Below, in pieces: positions 22,801 through 34,800 of a stretch of 64,000 nucleotides of DNA. Positions within the stretch are counted from its first letter, which is position 1. Every line of letters starts with the position of its first letter. A program made the translations under genes and the position numbers. The DNA comes from Macrostomum lignano. Its lineage: Eukaryota. Location: contig NIVC01001857.1 in NCBI GenBank assembly GCA_002269645.1, positions 62,001 to 126,000 of the forward strand, given 5' to 3'. Below the pieces are notes generated by a model. That model had not been told where the DNA came from, did no database searches, and was given only the letters and a program-made list of their open reading frames with translations.

Positions 22801-25800
22801 CAGCACCAAGGGGCGCCAGTACTAAGGGACACCAGCACCAAGGGGCGCCAGCACTAAGGGACACCAGCACCAAGGGGCGCCAGCACTAAGGGACACCAGC
22901 ACCAAGGGGCGCCAGCACTAAGGGACACCAGCACCAAGGGGCGCCAGCACTAAGACACCAGCACCAAGGGGCGCCAGCACTAAGGGACACCAGCACCAAG
23001 GGGCGCCAGCACTAAGACACCAGCACCAAGGGGCGCCAGCACTAAGGGACACCAGCACCAAGGGGCGCCAGCACTAAGGGACACCAGCAACAAGGGGCGC
23101 CAGCACTAAGGAACACCAGCAACAAGGGGCGCCATTTCAGCTGCATTTTAACATCATACAAGCACTCAGGGATTACAGCAAAAGTAGCTGTCCGTCCCGA
23201 CCCATTTCTGGTCAAGGGATCAAATCTAGCAAACTACTGCATTCATTGTTCAATACAATATATTGATGCACTGTATAGTGCAAAGATTGATGGCTTCCAT
23301 TTACATTGGAACCGCAGCCGACTCCCGTTGCTACGGAAATGCTTTTTTCCGTCTCGCATTCCCTTTTGTTTTAATTGCTCGTATATTTTTTCACTAGTAT
23401 TGGCAAATACTAGCCTACATCCATAATACTATGTATGACTATGCATTGAACTGGCAGTCAGTTGTCCCTTTTAGCTCCTTAATGTCCGTCAGTCAGCTGA
23501 CTGCAAGTGCTGACAGGTGATATCAATAGACTGATATGGAGTATCATTGTCTTGGAGTTTAGATCCTCAAAGTTAAACATCACCAAAGTTTATATCCTCA
23601 AACTTAAAAATCATCACAGTTTGACATCCCAAAGGTTACTCACCCGACAAGTACTGTATGTCGCAATTGGATGTATTCCAGCTAGTAAGCACAAACTGCG
23701 GCAGATGGAAGTCTTTGTTCACTTCAAACGGTTTAGATTTGCGCCATTGAAGAATCAGCTCCTGTTTTGTGAACCGATCTATAAACACAGGAAAGTCTGC
23801 CAAATGAAAACAGTAATAAATTATTTTACTAAAACAGCAGTTAGAACTCACAGCTTTCCATGTTGATCTCGCAGACCTGCGTGTCCAATGGGAATCGGTA
23901 GAGGGCCATGTGGCAGCCAAGCCTGAGGCTGATTCTGCAAAGACGTGGCGTTTGGGCAGTGACTAAGTAACTAGCAAGGTAGATATTCATATTATCATTC
24001 TACTGTAGTTACCATAATTACCACATAATGCAGTAAAACTCCATGTAAATAATGTACGCGACTGTGTTTGCCATGTTATATAAAACAAGGACACCTTCAT
24101 GCAACACTTTCAACCACATCGTTTCAACACAATTCTGCCCATTCCGCTCACTCCTCAGCAGTACAAGCACGCCAATACTGTACGCAGGCACGAACTCATA
24201 CACTCAGTCACGTAGGGTGTACAACGACCCTGACTTTCTAATCGGCAGGCATGTACATTCTCTGTGCCTTGGGGGTTGGCCCTCATGGCTGTGAACCGCA
24301 CGACAGCCCCACCAGCCAATTTTCGTGCACACAAACCCCAGAATCGCACAGAATCGAATCAGTGGTCGTGGGTCTGCCGTCCAGGAAACCACTAAGCTGA
24401 TGGAACGTTTTTAAACTGTAACAGCTTGGATCTGCTCGTAGAATTGACGCCCTTGAGGCCCAACCCCCAAGGAACAGTGAAGTGTACATGCCTAACGATA
24501 AATAAAGTTAGGGCCGCTGTACACTGCTTTGTGAGTGTGTGCCTGCGCGTATGACTGCGTACGTATCCGCGCGCTTGTGTGCCTGCTCAGGGGAGTGGGC
24601 GGAATGGGTAGTAATGCCCATTTGTGTTGACAATGTCGCTTTAAGTGCGCCTGGGTGCATACAGCCCCCTGCCTCTAAGTAAAATCATTATATTACTAAT
24701 TTAGGTTATTTAAAATCCTTAAAACATCGCCAATAAACAGTCAAATGGTTAAAACTGCAGGCATCACGCGGGAACCCACCTGGTAGAGTAGTAAACATCA
24801 CCGTTCGGTTTGACTCTGAGCAGCTTGTTCGGTATCGTAATGTCGTGATATTTAGCCTGCTTCTCGTTCACAAAGATTATATCTGGCAGCCAGATTTCGT
24901 CGATAAGACGCGGATCAATGGTCAGACCGATGGATTCGTTGACCGTTGGTTGTTGTTGTTGTTGGTGTTCCTGCTGCTTTTGCTTCTGACCTCTGCAGCC
25001 GCCTCCGCTGCCGATGGCACTGGCGTTGAACGCTAAACGACTGTCGTGCCAAGACAGCCGGAGAAAGATCTGAATGCTGTAGTCCTGGATGCATCGATCG
25101 GCAGGGGTTGGAGATTAAGAATTTGGTGTCAATTTATTTCACTTAGAATGATTTTTCCCGCGGTCCAGAGAGTTATCTGGAGAATAATTGCACTTGGGAG
25201 AATAACTTTATTGGATCCCGTGACCTGCACCTGAACTTGGCGTACTAATGCTAACTATTTGTTATTTTATGGTTCAAAACAATAAATTCAACGCAATATG
25301 AGAAGCAGCCGCGTTTACTACTGATAATACATTGTCCAAGTGTTAACCGAAACTGTGGGTGCGGCAAAGTTATTAGTCAACTATATGCAAATAAAATGCC
25401 TTAAAATAGTAAAAAACACCCCATGCTAGCATTTTGTTTAAATTTGCTTCAAAATACCAATGGCTCCTTCATCAAGCTGCATGCCTAACTAATATAGTTT
25501 CCCCATTAGCTAATAATTAGCTCTCTTCTAATGCCCTAAGATTCTAAAAATGCAAATTAGGCCCCTACTTCCTAGTTAGAACGTTTTTTTGCTTGAAAAG
25601 TACACTGTAAATCTTATGGGTCCGGATAAGGTCCGAATTGCATAATGCGGACCTTCATGCCTGAAGGCGGACCTTCATGTCTGAAGGTCCGATTTTTTTG
25701 GTCAGAGAAAACGAATGAAATTTTTTCAAGTGCCCTCAAATGATATTTTTTTAAGCACACGCGAGATTTTATAGAGAAAATCGGACTGGAAATAAATTTA

Positions 25801-28800
25801 GGTTTTATACCACCGTATTTTTTGCCGCATAAAAACACAAATAAAATTATCCGTCAAATGTAATTGCATCAATCGAAAGCTTTAATTGCCTTAAATTAAA
25901 GGAATTATATATTGTATTCCTTTTAACAGGTACAAGCGCATTTCTAACACAGATCAAAAATATGTTGGGAACTTTTGTTTCACTCTACTAACTTCGAACA
26001 TTTAGATTGTTGCGTGCAATTCGTTCTGATCAAACCTAAAAATTAGTGCTTTTTAAACGTTTTTACGCGTTGTCCATTCCACAACGACGAATTTAGTAGG
26101 CTTATCCACTGTCCAGGATATGTTAAATGGAGATGAAAATGTAATTTCAAAACTATTTCAATGTAGTATATGTCTTCATACACACAAGGATTTATTTAAG
26201 CTTATAAGTCATATAAAACTATACCATTCTTTTGGGAATAGCAATTTTTTATGTCCAGTTAGGGGATGTTACCATATTAGTGTTACAATTGAAGGATTAC
26301 AAGCACATGCCTATCGTATGCACAAAAACAGTGTTGTTGATAATTTTTCCCAAGACCAAGTTCTGGGTTTTTTTTTCGCCAGAGATAAGGTGCGAAATCG
26401 CACCTTGTGCCAAATTTCAAGGTGCGATTTTAAGGCTCAGAGTGCAATTTCTCTTGAGTCTTGTTTAGAATGTGAGGGTTTCACGAGAGATATTCAGACA
26501 GACATTCGAAACGATCGTCTGTAACTTTAAACAAAATTGACCCGCTTCAACCATCTTTTTGGCAAATACTTACGCAAGTGTTGGGCATCAAATAAGCTTT
26601 AATTTATTAACTGAAGTAAAAATCCTTCTGACATACATTGATTTAAAAATTGCTTAGCAACACTAGCTCTGATTAGAAATCGCTTTACTGTTGACTAAAA
26701 TTGTTTTGATCGTAGCAGCCTAAAAGCAGATACTGGATTTAAAAATGCTTCGATTTACTCTATACGCATGTCTCAGCTTTAAAATGACACCTCAGGCGTC
26801 GCAAAAGACAGCTTTGATGCTGAGATATTCGACACTAAACATGCATTGCTTTGCGCAATCTCACATTCAGAAATTTCACTGATTTTTTGTCGATATTTGT
26901 GCAGTTGCCATGTCCTTGTTTTTCATCAGAAACTTGTCAAATTCTAGTCATGTCCAGTTTAAACCTGGACTTCTCTTAAACTGTCTTAAGTATTTGATTT
27001 TTAATGATTCCTGCCTTTATATTGCATAGATTGTACCTGAGTCAGTGAGTCTGTGAGTGTACATTTGTACATTTGGCAACCAATCATGACTTTTTCACCG
27101 CTTTGCGGTTCAAATAAATATACGAGTGTACAAGAAACATGTTCCAACTGTTATTGAGAGAAATTGACGTTGCGTTTATTAACAGTCAGTGGCAATTAAT
27201 ATGAAGCAAATAGTTTATTGTTATGTTTTTACTTTTTTGCGTGGCAATTCTGCTATCCAAATCGGAATGAGGTAAGCGGTGGGAATAAAATAAAAAGGAA
27301 GAATTTTTTCTACTGTTGTTGCAACCCAATAGCTATATGTACTTCAAACTTTTTAGATTGAACAGGCGATTTCTAATGTACTGCTAAGCTTTCCAATCCC
27401 TACGGACTACAGTAGCAGTTCTTAACTTTTTTTCTGTCTTGACTTCTAGACTCGGAATTCGGAACAACCTAAGGAGCCGCATGAAAATATTTAATTGGAT
27501 AAAAATATTTTTTAAAAACAGCTCAAGTCGTGACACATCTTCTTCTCACCTCAGTCCATCAACTGCTGCTCCTTCTGAGACCAAAGCGATCGTGAAAGTA
27601 AAACAGATCAGTTTAGATCCCATGGCCATGAATACAACCATTTCAATTGTGAACCTGCTTCGCTTACAAGTACGAGCACTAGCCTTCCATTTGATGCCAT
27701 TAGCTCACTTAACTCTGAAATAGTTCAAGGACGGTTCCAAATGTTGAGATCTGACGTAGAAGCAGTCCAATTTGTGGAAATTTATCAACTGGACTCCATG
27801 AATCACTCCAATGAAAGGCGGCGAATAGCTGTAGAATGCGTAAACAAGTTTAAGTGAGTCACAAAAACCCCATTTACTGTAACTACATACACTTGTACGT
27901 TAGCAAGGCTCCATGCGATGGTTAATAAATGGAGAAGTAGACAAGCATCTGAACAAATATTGAATAAAAATCAGTGAAGTTTCCGAATGTGAGTTTGAGC
28001 AAAGCAATGTTTAGTGTCGAATATCTCAGCATCAAAGCTGTCTTTTGCAATGCCTGAGGTGTCATTTTAAAGCTGAGACATGCGTATAGACATGACTAGA
28101 ATTTGACAAGATTCTGATGAAAAACAAGGACATGGCAACTGCACAAATATCAACAAAAAATCAGTGAAATTTCTGAATGTGAGATTGCGCAAAGCAATGC
28201 ATGTTTAGTGTCGAATATCTCAGCATCAAAGCTGTCTTTTGCGACGCCTGAGGTGTCATTTTAAAGCTGAGACATGCGTATAGAGTAAATCGAAGCATTT
28301 TTAAATCCAGTATCTGCTTTTAGGCTGCTACGATCAAAACAATTTTAGTCAACAGTAAAGCGATTTCTAATCAGAGCTAGTGTTGCTAAGCAATTTTTAA
28401 ATCAATGTATGTCAGAAGGATTTTTACTTCAGTTAATAAATTAAAGCTTATTTGACGCCCAACACTTGCGTAAGTATTTGCCAAAAAGATGGTTGAAGCG
28501 GGTCAATTTTGTTTGAAGTTACAGACAATCATTTTGAATGTCTGTCTGAATGGGTCTCCCTAAAACATGCCCCGCACCGCCCTGCAGCGCTACACATTAA
28601 AACAAATTGGACTATAACTAAAGACACTTCAGAATGCGTTTTCTATTAAGCTTCAAGTTTTTATTAAATTTAGTTTTTTTACTTTGAAATATAAAATTCG
28701 GTGAACAATAAGTGATATTAATAATAATATTAATAAAATGATAATATTATAATTTAATAATGAAAATGAGAATATAAAAAAATAATAATATTTAAAAAAA

Positions 28801-31800
28801 TAAATAAAGATATTTATTTTCAATTACTATTTTAACTTTTCCTTGCAATCAAATACTGCATTGACAAAAAATGTTATAATGTGTAGCAGTTCGGGGCCCA
28901 GTGCGGGGCGTGTTTTAGGGAGCCTTTGTCTGAATATCTCTCGTGAAACCCTTACATTGCTCACATTTCAGACAACTGGGAATGTATATTTTAATATCTT
29001 ACATAAGGCTATAGCTATAGGCTATATCGCCTATATGACTTAATAGGATTTAAAGAGTTATTTTGTTTCATATTTTAAGGCAGTGCATAAAAAATAGCTT
29101 AAGCATGGTTAAGCCTTTAAAGAAAAATGGTTATAAGACCGCACCTAAACCGCACCTACTTTTTTAATTTCAGGGTGCGATTTTAAAATTTAGGGTGCAT
29201 ACGCACACTCTGCGCACAAAAAAAAACCCTGACCAAGTTCTACAGCCAAATTGTGTTCATAATAACCCTACTCTAGACTTATTAGGAAACCCTTTAGAAA
29301 ATGAATTGCAAGCTGTGCCTATAGATAGGGATTCCAATCCCGGGATCCCGGGATCCCGGGATCCCGGGATTGGGGCCAAAAATCCGGGATTTGAATCCCG
29401 GGATTTTTTTGGGAATCGAATCCCGGGATTTTTAATCCCGGGATTGCAAAAGACCGGGATCGGGATCCCGGGATTTCAAGGCCTTAATCCCGGGATTGGT
29501 CCGGGATTAGAACGACCTTTCAATACCTAAATTAGATAATTTAAAGTCTAAACGTTTATTTGAATAATAAAACATTTATTTGTTTTTGCTGTTTCTCAAT
29601 GAAACGTTAAACATTTGCAAAGCTCCTGTCCTAATTGAGCTAAAAATTGTTAATGTGAACTGTAAATTATAGATAATTTTAACTTTTTTTCGTTTTCTAC
29701 TACGAGACGAGACTGAGGGCCTTTTCATATTGCTTGCTCTGGTTCCAGAACAAGAACCAATTTGTGAAGTATAAACTTTTTGTCTCCATAACTAGAGGGA
29801 GATACGTGCTATAAAGTTTTTATTATTGAATGACAGTCGCCAAGAAGAAAGTGAAAAATTGTGCTAAGTGAGGCTGTTAAGGCAGTCAAATATTAACAGA
29901 GTTTAATAGTTATACTGCTGTTTTTCTTGGAATTCCGAACCGATTCTGGTTCTGGAATTGGTAATATGAAAAGGCCCTGAGACTCTGAGAGTCGCGAGAC
30001 CATGACTACTGCACGCGGCACGCCGCACAGTCCGTCTAGCAATTTAGGGATTCCAATCCTGGGATCCTGGGATCCCGGGATTGGGGCCAAAAATCCGGGA
30101 TTTGAATCCCGGGATTTTTTTGGGAATCGAATCCCGGGATTTTTAATCCCGGGATTGCAAAAGCACCGGGATTCCGGGATTTTGAATCCCGGGATTTCAA
30201 CAGCATCGGGATTTCGGGACTATTCAATCCCGGGATTGTAAAATGTCGGGATTTTGGAATCCCTACCTATAGATATAGCCATATTATCTACTATTTGTAA
30301 CCAAGTTGAAAATGAAAAAAAGACCCTGAATTTGAAATGTCTAGTGATTTTTTATGTGAAAATACAAGAAAACATCTTGCTGAAAATTTTGTTTACTTTT
30401 ATCTAAAGTCTAGACATTTCTTTTTAATTCCTAAAAGCAAATCTAATCAATTATGTGAACTTGTTAAGGAAATAGTATTGAAGTTTGCTGATGACTATTT
30501 TTTGTTATTTGAGCAATTTTTAAAAGAAGAATGTCCTTCAATAGTTAACAGCTATAATTCTTATAAAAATAAATTAAATTTGCAAGAAATGATTGACCTT
30601 TCATTAGAGCATCTATTAAGTAATAAAAAAATATTTGAAATTTTACAAAACAAGTTTAATTTTGTTGAGCCCATTGAAATCATAGATGAAGAATCAAAAT
30701 TAAAAATTCTATATATTCCAATAAAAGAAACACTTAGTTCTATTATAAAAAATGAGACATTGCTTAAGTATATTATTATAAATTCTTATTTAAATGCAAC
30801 CAACAAAGAAAATTTTTTTTTCAAGTCTACTTATTTTGAAGAACATATTAGTCCATTGTTAACAAATAAGAATGGTATATTCATAAAACTTTATTCAGAT
30901 GAAATTGAAATATGTAATCCTATTGGGTCTGCCAAAACAAAACATAAATTATGTGTAGTATACTTTACTATTCTTAATTTCCCTGAATATCTTAGTTCAT
31001 CTTCAGACTTATATTTTCTTTTAACAGTATTTAATGATTCAAATGTTAAAAAGAAAGGTTTACAGTTTTGTTTATTTCCATTAATTAGAGAGCTGAATGA
31101 GCTTTACTTTGAAGAATTTCAAATAAGTAATTTGATAAAAATGCCTGTTATTGCTGCTTTCATGACTGGGGATAATTTATCAATACATAGAATGTTAGGT
31201 ATGCAAACTTGGTTTTCAAGTGGTTATATTTGTAGATTTTGTTTTATAGGTTATAAACAGCTTTGTAGCATTAGATTAGAAGAATTAAGTACATTATTCC
31301 TATTTGAATATCGAGATAATTCATCATATATTGAAGATTTTAAATCCTTAAGTAATGGTTTAATTTCACCATCTGTGTTTAGAAGTGTAGCATATATTAA
31401 CTTTCAATATTTTTCCCCCCTGATATAATGCATGATGTGTTTGAAGGGTTTTCTCATGTTGTTATATGTATTATTCTATTAAGTATTATTCAAAATCATA
31501 ATATTAGTATAGACTATATAAACAAACAACTAAATTTGATTAAAGAAGTCAGTATTCCTACAATAAATAAATATCACTTACAAAATTATCATCTACCATG
31601 TACTTCTAATCAAATAATTGTTATTCTACAATACTTTGGACTTTTATTTGGACATTTGTTTGAGTTGGATGATGATATTTGGATATTATTTAATTGTCAC
31701 AGGCAGTTTCTTGACATAATTTTGTCCCCATATGATAGTAGCATAAACTTAGAATATTTTCAATCTCTTATTTCTGGCCAATTAGAATTAATATATAGAA

Positions 31801-34800
31801 ACACGGGCTTCAATCCTAAATATAAATGTAAATTGCATTATATATGTCACTATCCTGAATTTTATCATTATTATAGTGGTCTTAAATACTTATGGTGTAT
31901 GCGAGGTGAAGCTCATCATCAATTGCTTAAGAATATAAACAGGCATGCAAGAAATTTCAAAAATCCTGCCTATACATGTGCAAAACAATATCAAATTCAA
32001 AAGGCACTTATCATTAAGCACTATGAACCAGGTACAATTAAGAGCCATAATATAAATCCTATTAGCTTAAATATGCTATTGACAATAGATGAACAAACTG
32101 AGTTATGCAACAACATGAATTTAGATACAGACTCAATTATTGGCACTATTTGTCTTTCTACTAATGAACTAAAATATCAGGGGTTTGTATATCGGACTCC
32201 AACATTAAATTACCGTTATTGTTTGCCAATTTTAGAACCAACTGGAATTGCTTTAGCATTAATTAGCCATATTATTCAACTTTCCAACAAGTGGATAATT
32301 ATTTGTAAAAAAGTGAATGCTAAATTTTCTTGTCATTATAGCAGTTTTATATGCACTGTGAATAATGACCATTTAGTATTTATTGAACCTACTCAGCACT
32401 TTTTTCATCAGCCAATTCCATTTTTAATGTATCAAGGGAAACTTTTTCTTTCTTTAAAATATTATCCAATGCTACATTGCCAAAACATTGATCAATAATC
32501 TACAATCTTAGTGGGTATCATTTTAGATAAATTTAAGCATATAACAATATGGCATACACTTGCACTTCATAAAATAACAAATTATTACAAGGGCCACCTT
32601 GCCTCTAGCACAAGGAACTGTGCTCTCCACCTTACATAGATTTCTGGCCTATAGGTGTCTAACCTTTTTATGATAGGTCGGCTTGCCCTTCCTTGACTAG
32701 GCTAGTTCTATGTAGATGGTGCAGGTTTTCGAACCATTTCTTGCCTAAAATGGGTTCATCCTCTGTCTAAGCTTGTTGAAGCTTCAGCTTTTAGTATTGA
32801 AGAGTGAAGATTGTTCAGAAAAAAGCAACAAAAAAACAAAAACATCATAAAAACACTAAACATTTTGTTGTCACAGTCATTACTTATGGCTGCAAGGTAT
32901 GGGGTCCACTGGCCAGGCAATCAAAAATTAAGGATCTGGATAATATTCAATTGAAATTCTATAAGTCTCTCCTTAAATTCTTAATCTACCAGAGCATACA
33001 TACAAGCAATAAAGTCATACTCAATGAACTCAACATTCTTCCTATTTCTGAAATCATTAAGAAAAGGTACCTCCTTTTCTGGTTAAAACTTATTTAAAGC
33101 TAACTCTACTACCACTAGTCTCTTTAACAACAATGACAATCCAATTGATCCTTGGAAGAAAGCCATCTCACAGCAACTTAAAGGCATTGATCTAATGCAA
33201 AAACTTCTACTGTTTAAATTGTATTGTCCATTATTGACAACTTTTGTTAACACTAAGTTATTCATATCTAATTAAATACACTCTATTAACATAACGGGCA
33301 CTACTTGCCCAAGCCAATTAACTACTACTACTACTACTACTACTACATTAAGTCAAGCCAAGGACAAAAGCCGAAAAATCATAATGAACAAGAATTCCTT
33401 GGCTTTATAAATTCATTTTATCTGTGTCTTACCAGATGTATTCTGATTGAGGTTGTGCACATCATACCTCATTTCAGCTTCGAATCTGCAACGGCTCAGA
33501 GGAGCGCAAGAAGCTCCTTCCAGCTTCTGGCCTGACCTTGGCGGACCTTCGCATCAAAGGTTGTTTAAAATTGGACATTGCAGATGTTGAAAATGTTCGC
33601 ATTGTCACTTCTGACGGTTTCGAAATCGACGACGATGATTTAATATCGGAGGTGGCAAAGGAATGTAGAACTGTGTACTTCCTTCTTTCTGGAGAGTTGC
33701 TTCCAAGCTGCGGTGCATGCCCTGTAGAACCTTCAACTACACCAAAGCAGCAAAGCGAAATACGCAATGTCGAGATTGCCACAACACCGAGTCGAGGCAC
33801 ACAGGCTCTGAGTCCAAATCCAGCTGTAGCAGCTACGGCTGCAACTACACTTCCATGGCCCGAAGTGTACTCGCTTCCACGAATGGACGATCTCGCCAAC
33901 GCCCTTCGTGATCTACGAATGCACCCCGAAAAGGGTTCCGATTTAAAAATGAACGCGACGTTTGTCAACAAGTTCCTTAAATTCATCGTCGATCACATCT
34001 GTTTGAACTATCTGTCGCCAAATGAACCATACCTGTCATCTAGCCAGATAACAGATGTGTGCACTTCCATAGTAACTTCGTATCCTGGACTGAAGGACAC
34101 CTCATTAAGTGGGAGCTCAAGCTTTTGGCGCCAAAAGCTTATTCGGCGTTTCAAAGAGCTCCGGTTCGTTGGCGACTTTGTCGACAAGAGCAGCCCAACG
34201 GTTCAGGAGATGCGACGGAAGCATGGTCGACTTGGTCATCGGCGTATAATTCTACCAAATGCTGCTGCAGCTGCTGCAGGCCCAAGTGCGGTTACTGTGA
34301 GCCAAAGGCATAAACGGCAGTACAAGGAAGTTGAAGGCCAGGAAGATGATGACGACAATGAAATTATAGCTTCACGTGCTAAAAGAGCCAACAAGCAGCG
34401 TATCAACGACGACGAAGATCTGATCGAAGAAGAAGGCGATGATGATAGTGATGCAGACGATGCTGGCAGTGCAATGGCGAAGAGCGTTGACTTCGGCGAG
34501 TTCGATACCGATGTACCACCGTCACACGAAGCTCGTCGAACGAGATTGAACGAGACTCATCATGACTCTTCAATATCAGACGTTCTCAACGAAATGCAGG
34601 CTCTGTTTCCGATTCGAATATTGCGGTGCCAAGATTTGACGGTTAGTGACGAAATTGCCTTATATGCGCCACTGGTAAACATCGCAGTACTGCAGCAGGA
34701 GGCGTATCTCATGATCCAGACATACAACAGAAGCAAAACTGACTATGTACTTCCACCAAGTCCATCGGAAATGAGAAGCAGGATTATTAACGCCTTGTTG

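Larger units (their letters stand above)
26363..29231. mobile_element. hAT-like non-autonomous element inserted in the transposase (about 390 bp after removing nested inserts)
   Basis: An 8-bp direct duplication ACCAAGTT lies at 26355-26362 and 29232-29239. The ends are CTGGGTTTTTTTTT and reverse complement CAGGGTTTTTTTTT, with GGTGCG subterminal motifs. Removing it restores ...SQDQV|LQPNC... in frame. The duplication could also be read as 10-11 bp. Confidence 0.75.
26120..32498 (+). pseudogene. EnSpm/CACTA transposase, interrupted (segments 26120-26362, 29240-29325, 30274-32498)
   Basis: The N-terminus has two C2H2-like zinc fingers ([22 protein letters not shown]; [24 protein letters not shown]). 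The core has EnSpm motifs [59 protein letters not shown] and [13 protein letters not shown]. It is broken by two TE insertions and two 1-nt frameshifts in homopolymers (A7 at 30315-30321; T5C6 at 31410-31420). Confidence 0.88.

Noticed and set aside
21725-23135. CRISPR-like regular repeats (also the 60-bp and 43-bp arrays)
   Set aside because: There are no unique spacers and no cas genes, and the context is eukaryotic.
24845-25036. Plus-strand ORF with an IWQPDF motif and a hydrophobic run
   Set aside because: It is the antisense shadow of the real minus-strand channel exon 25084-24780.
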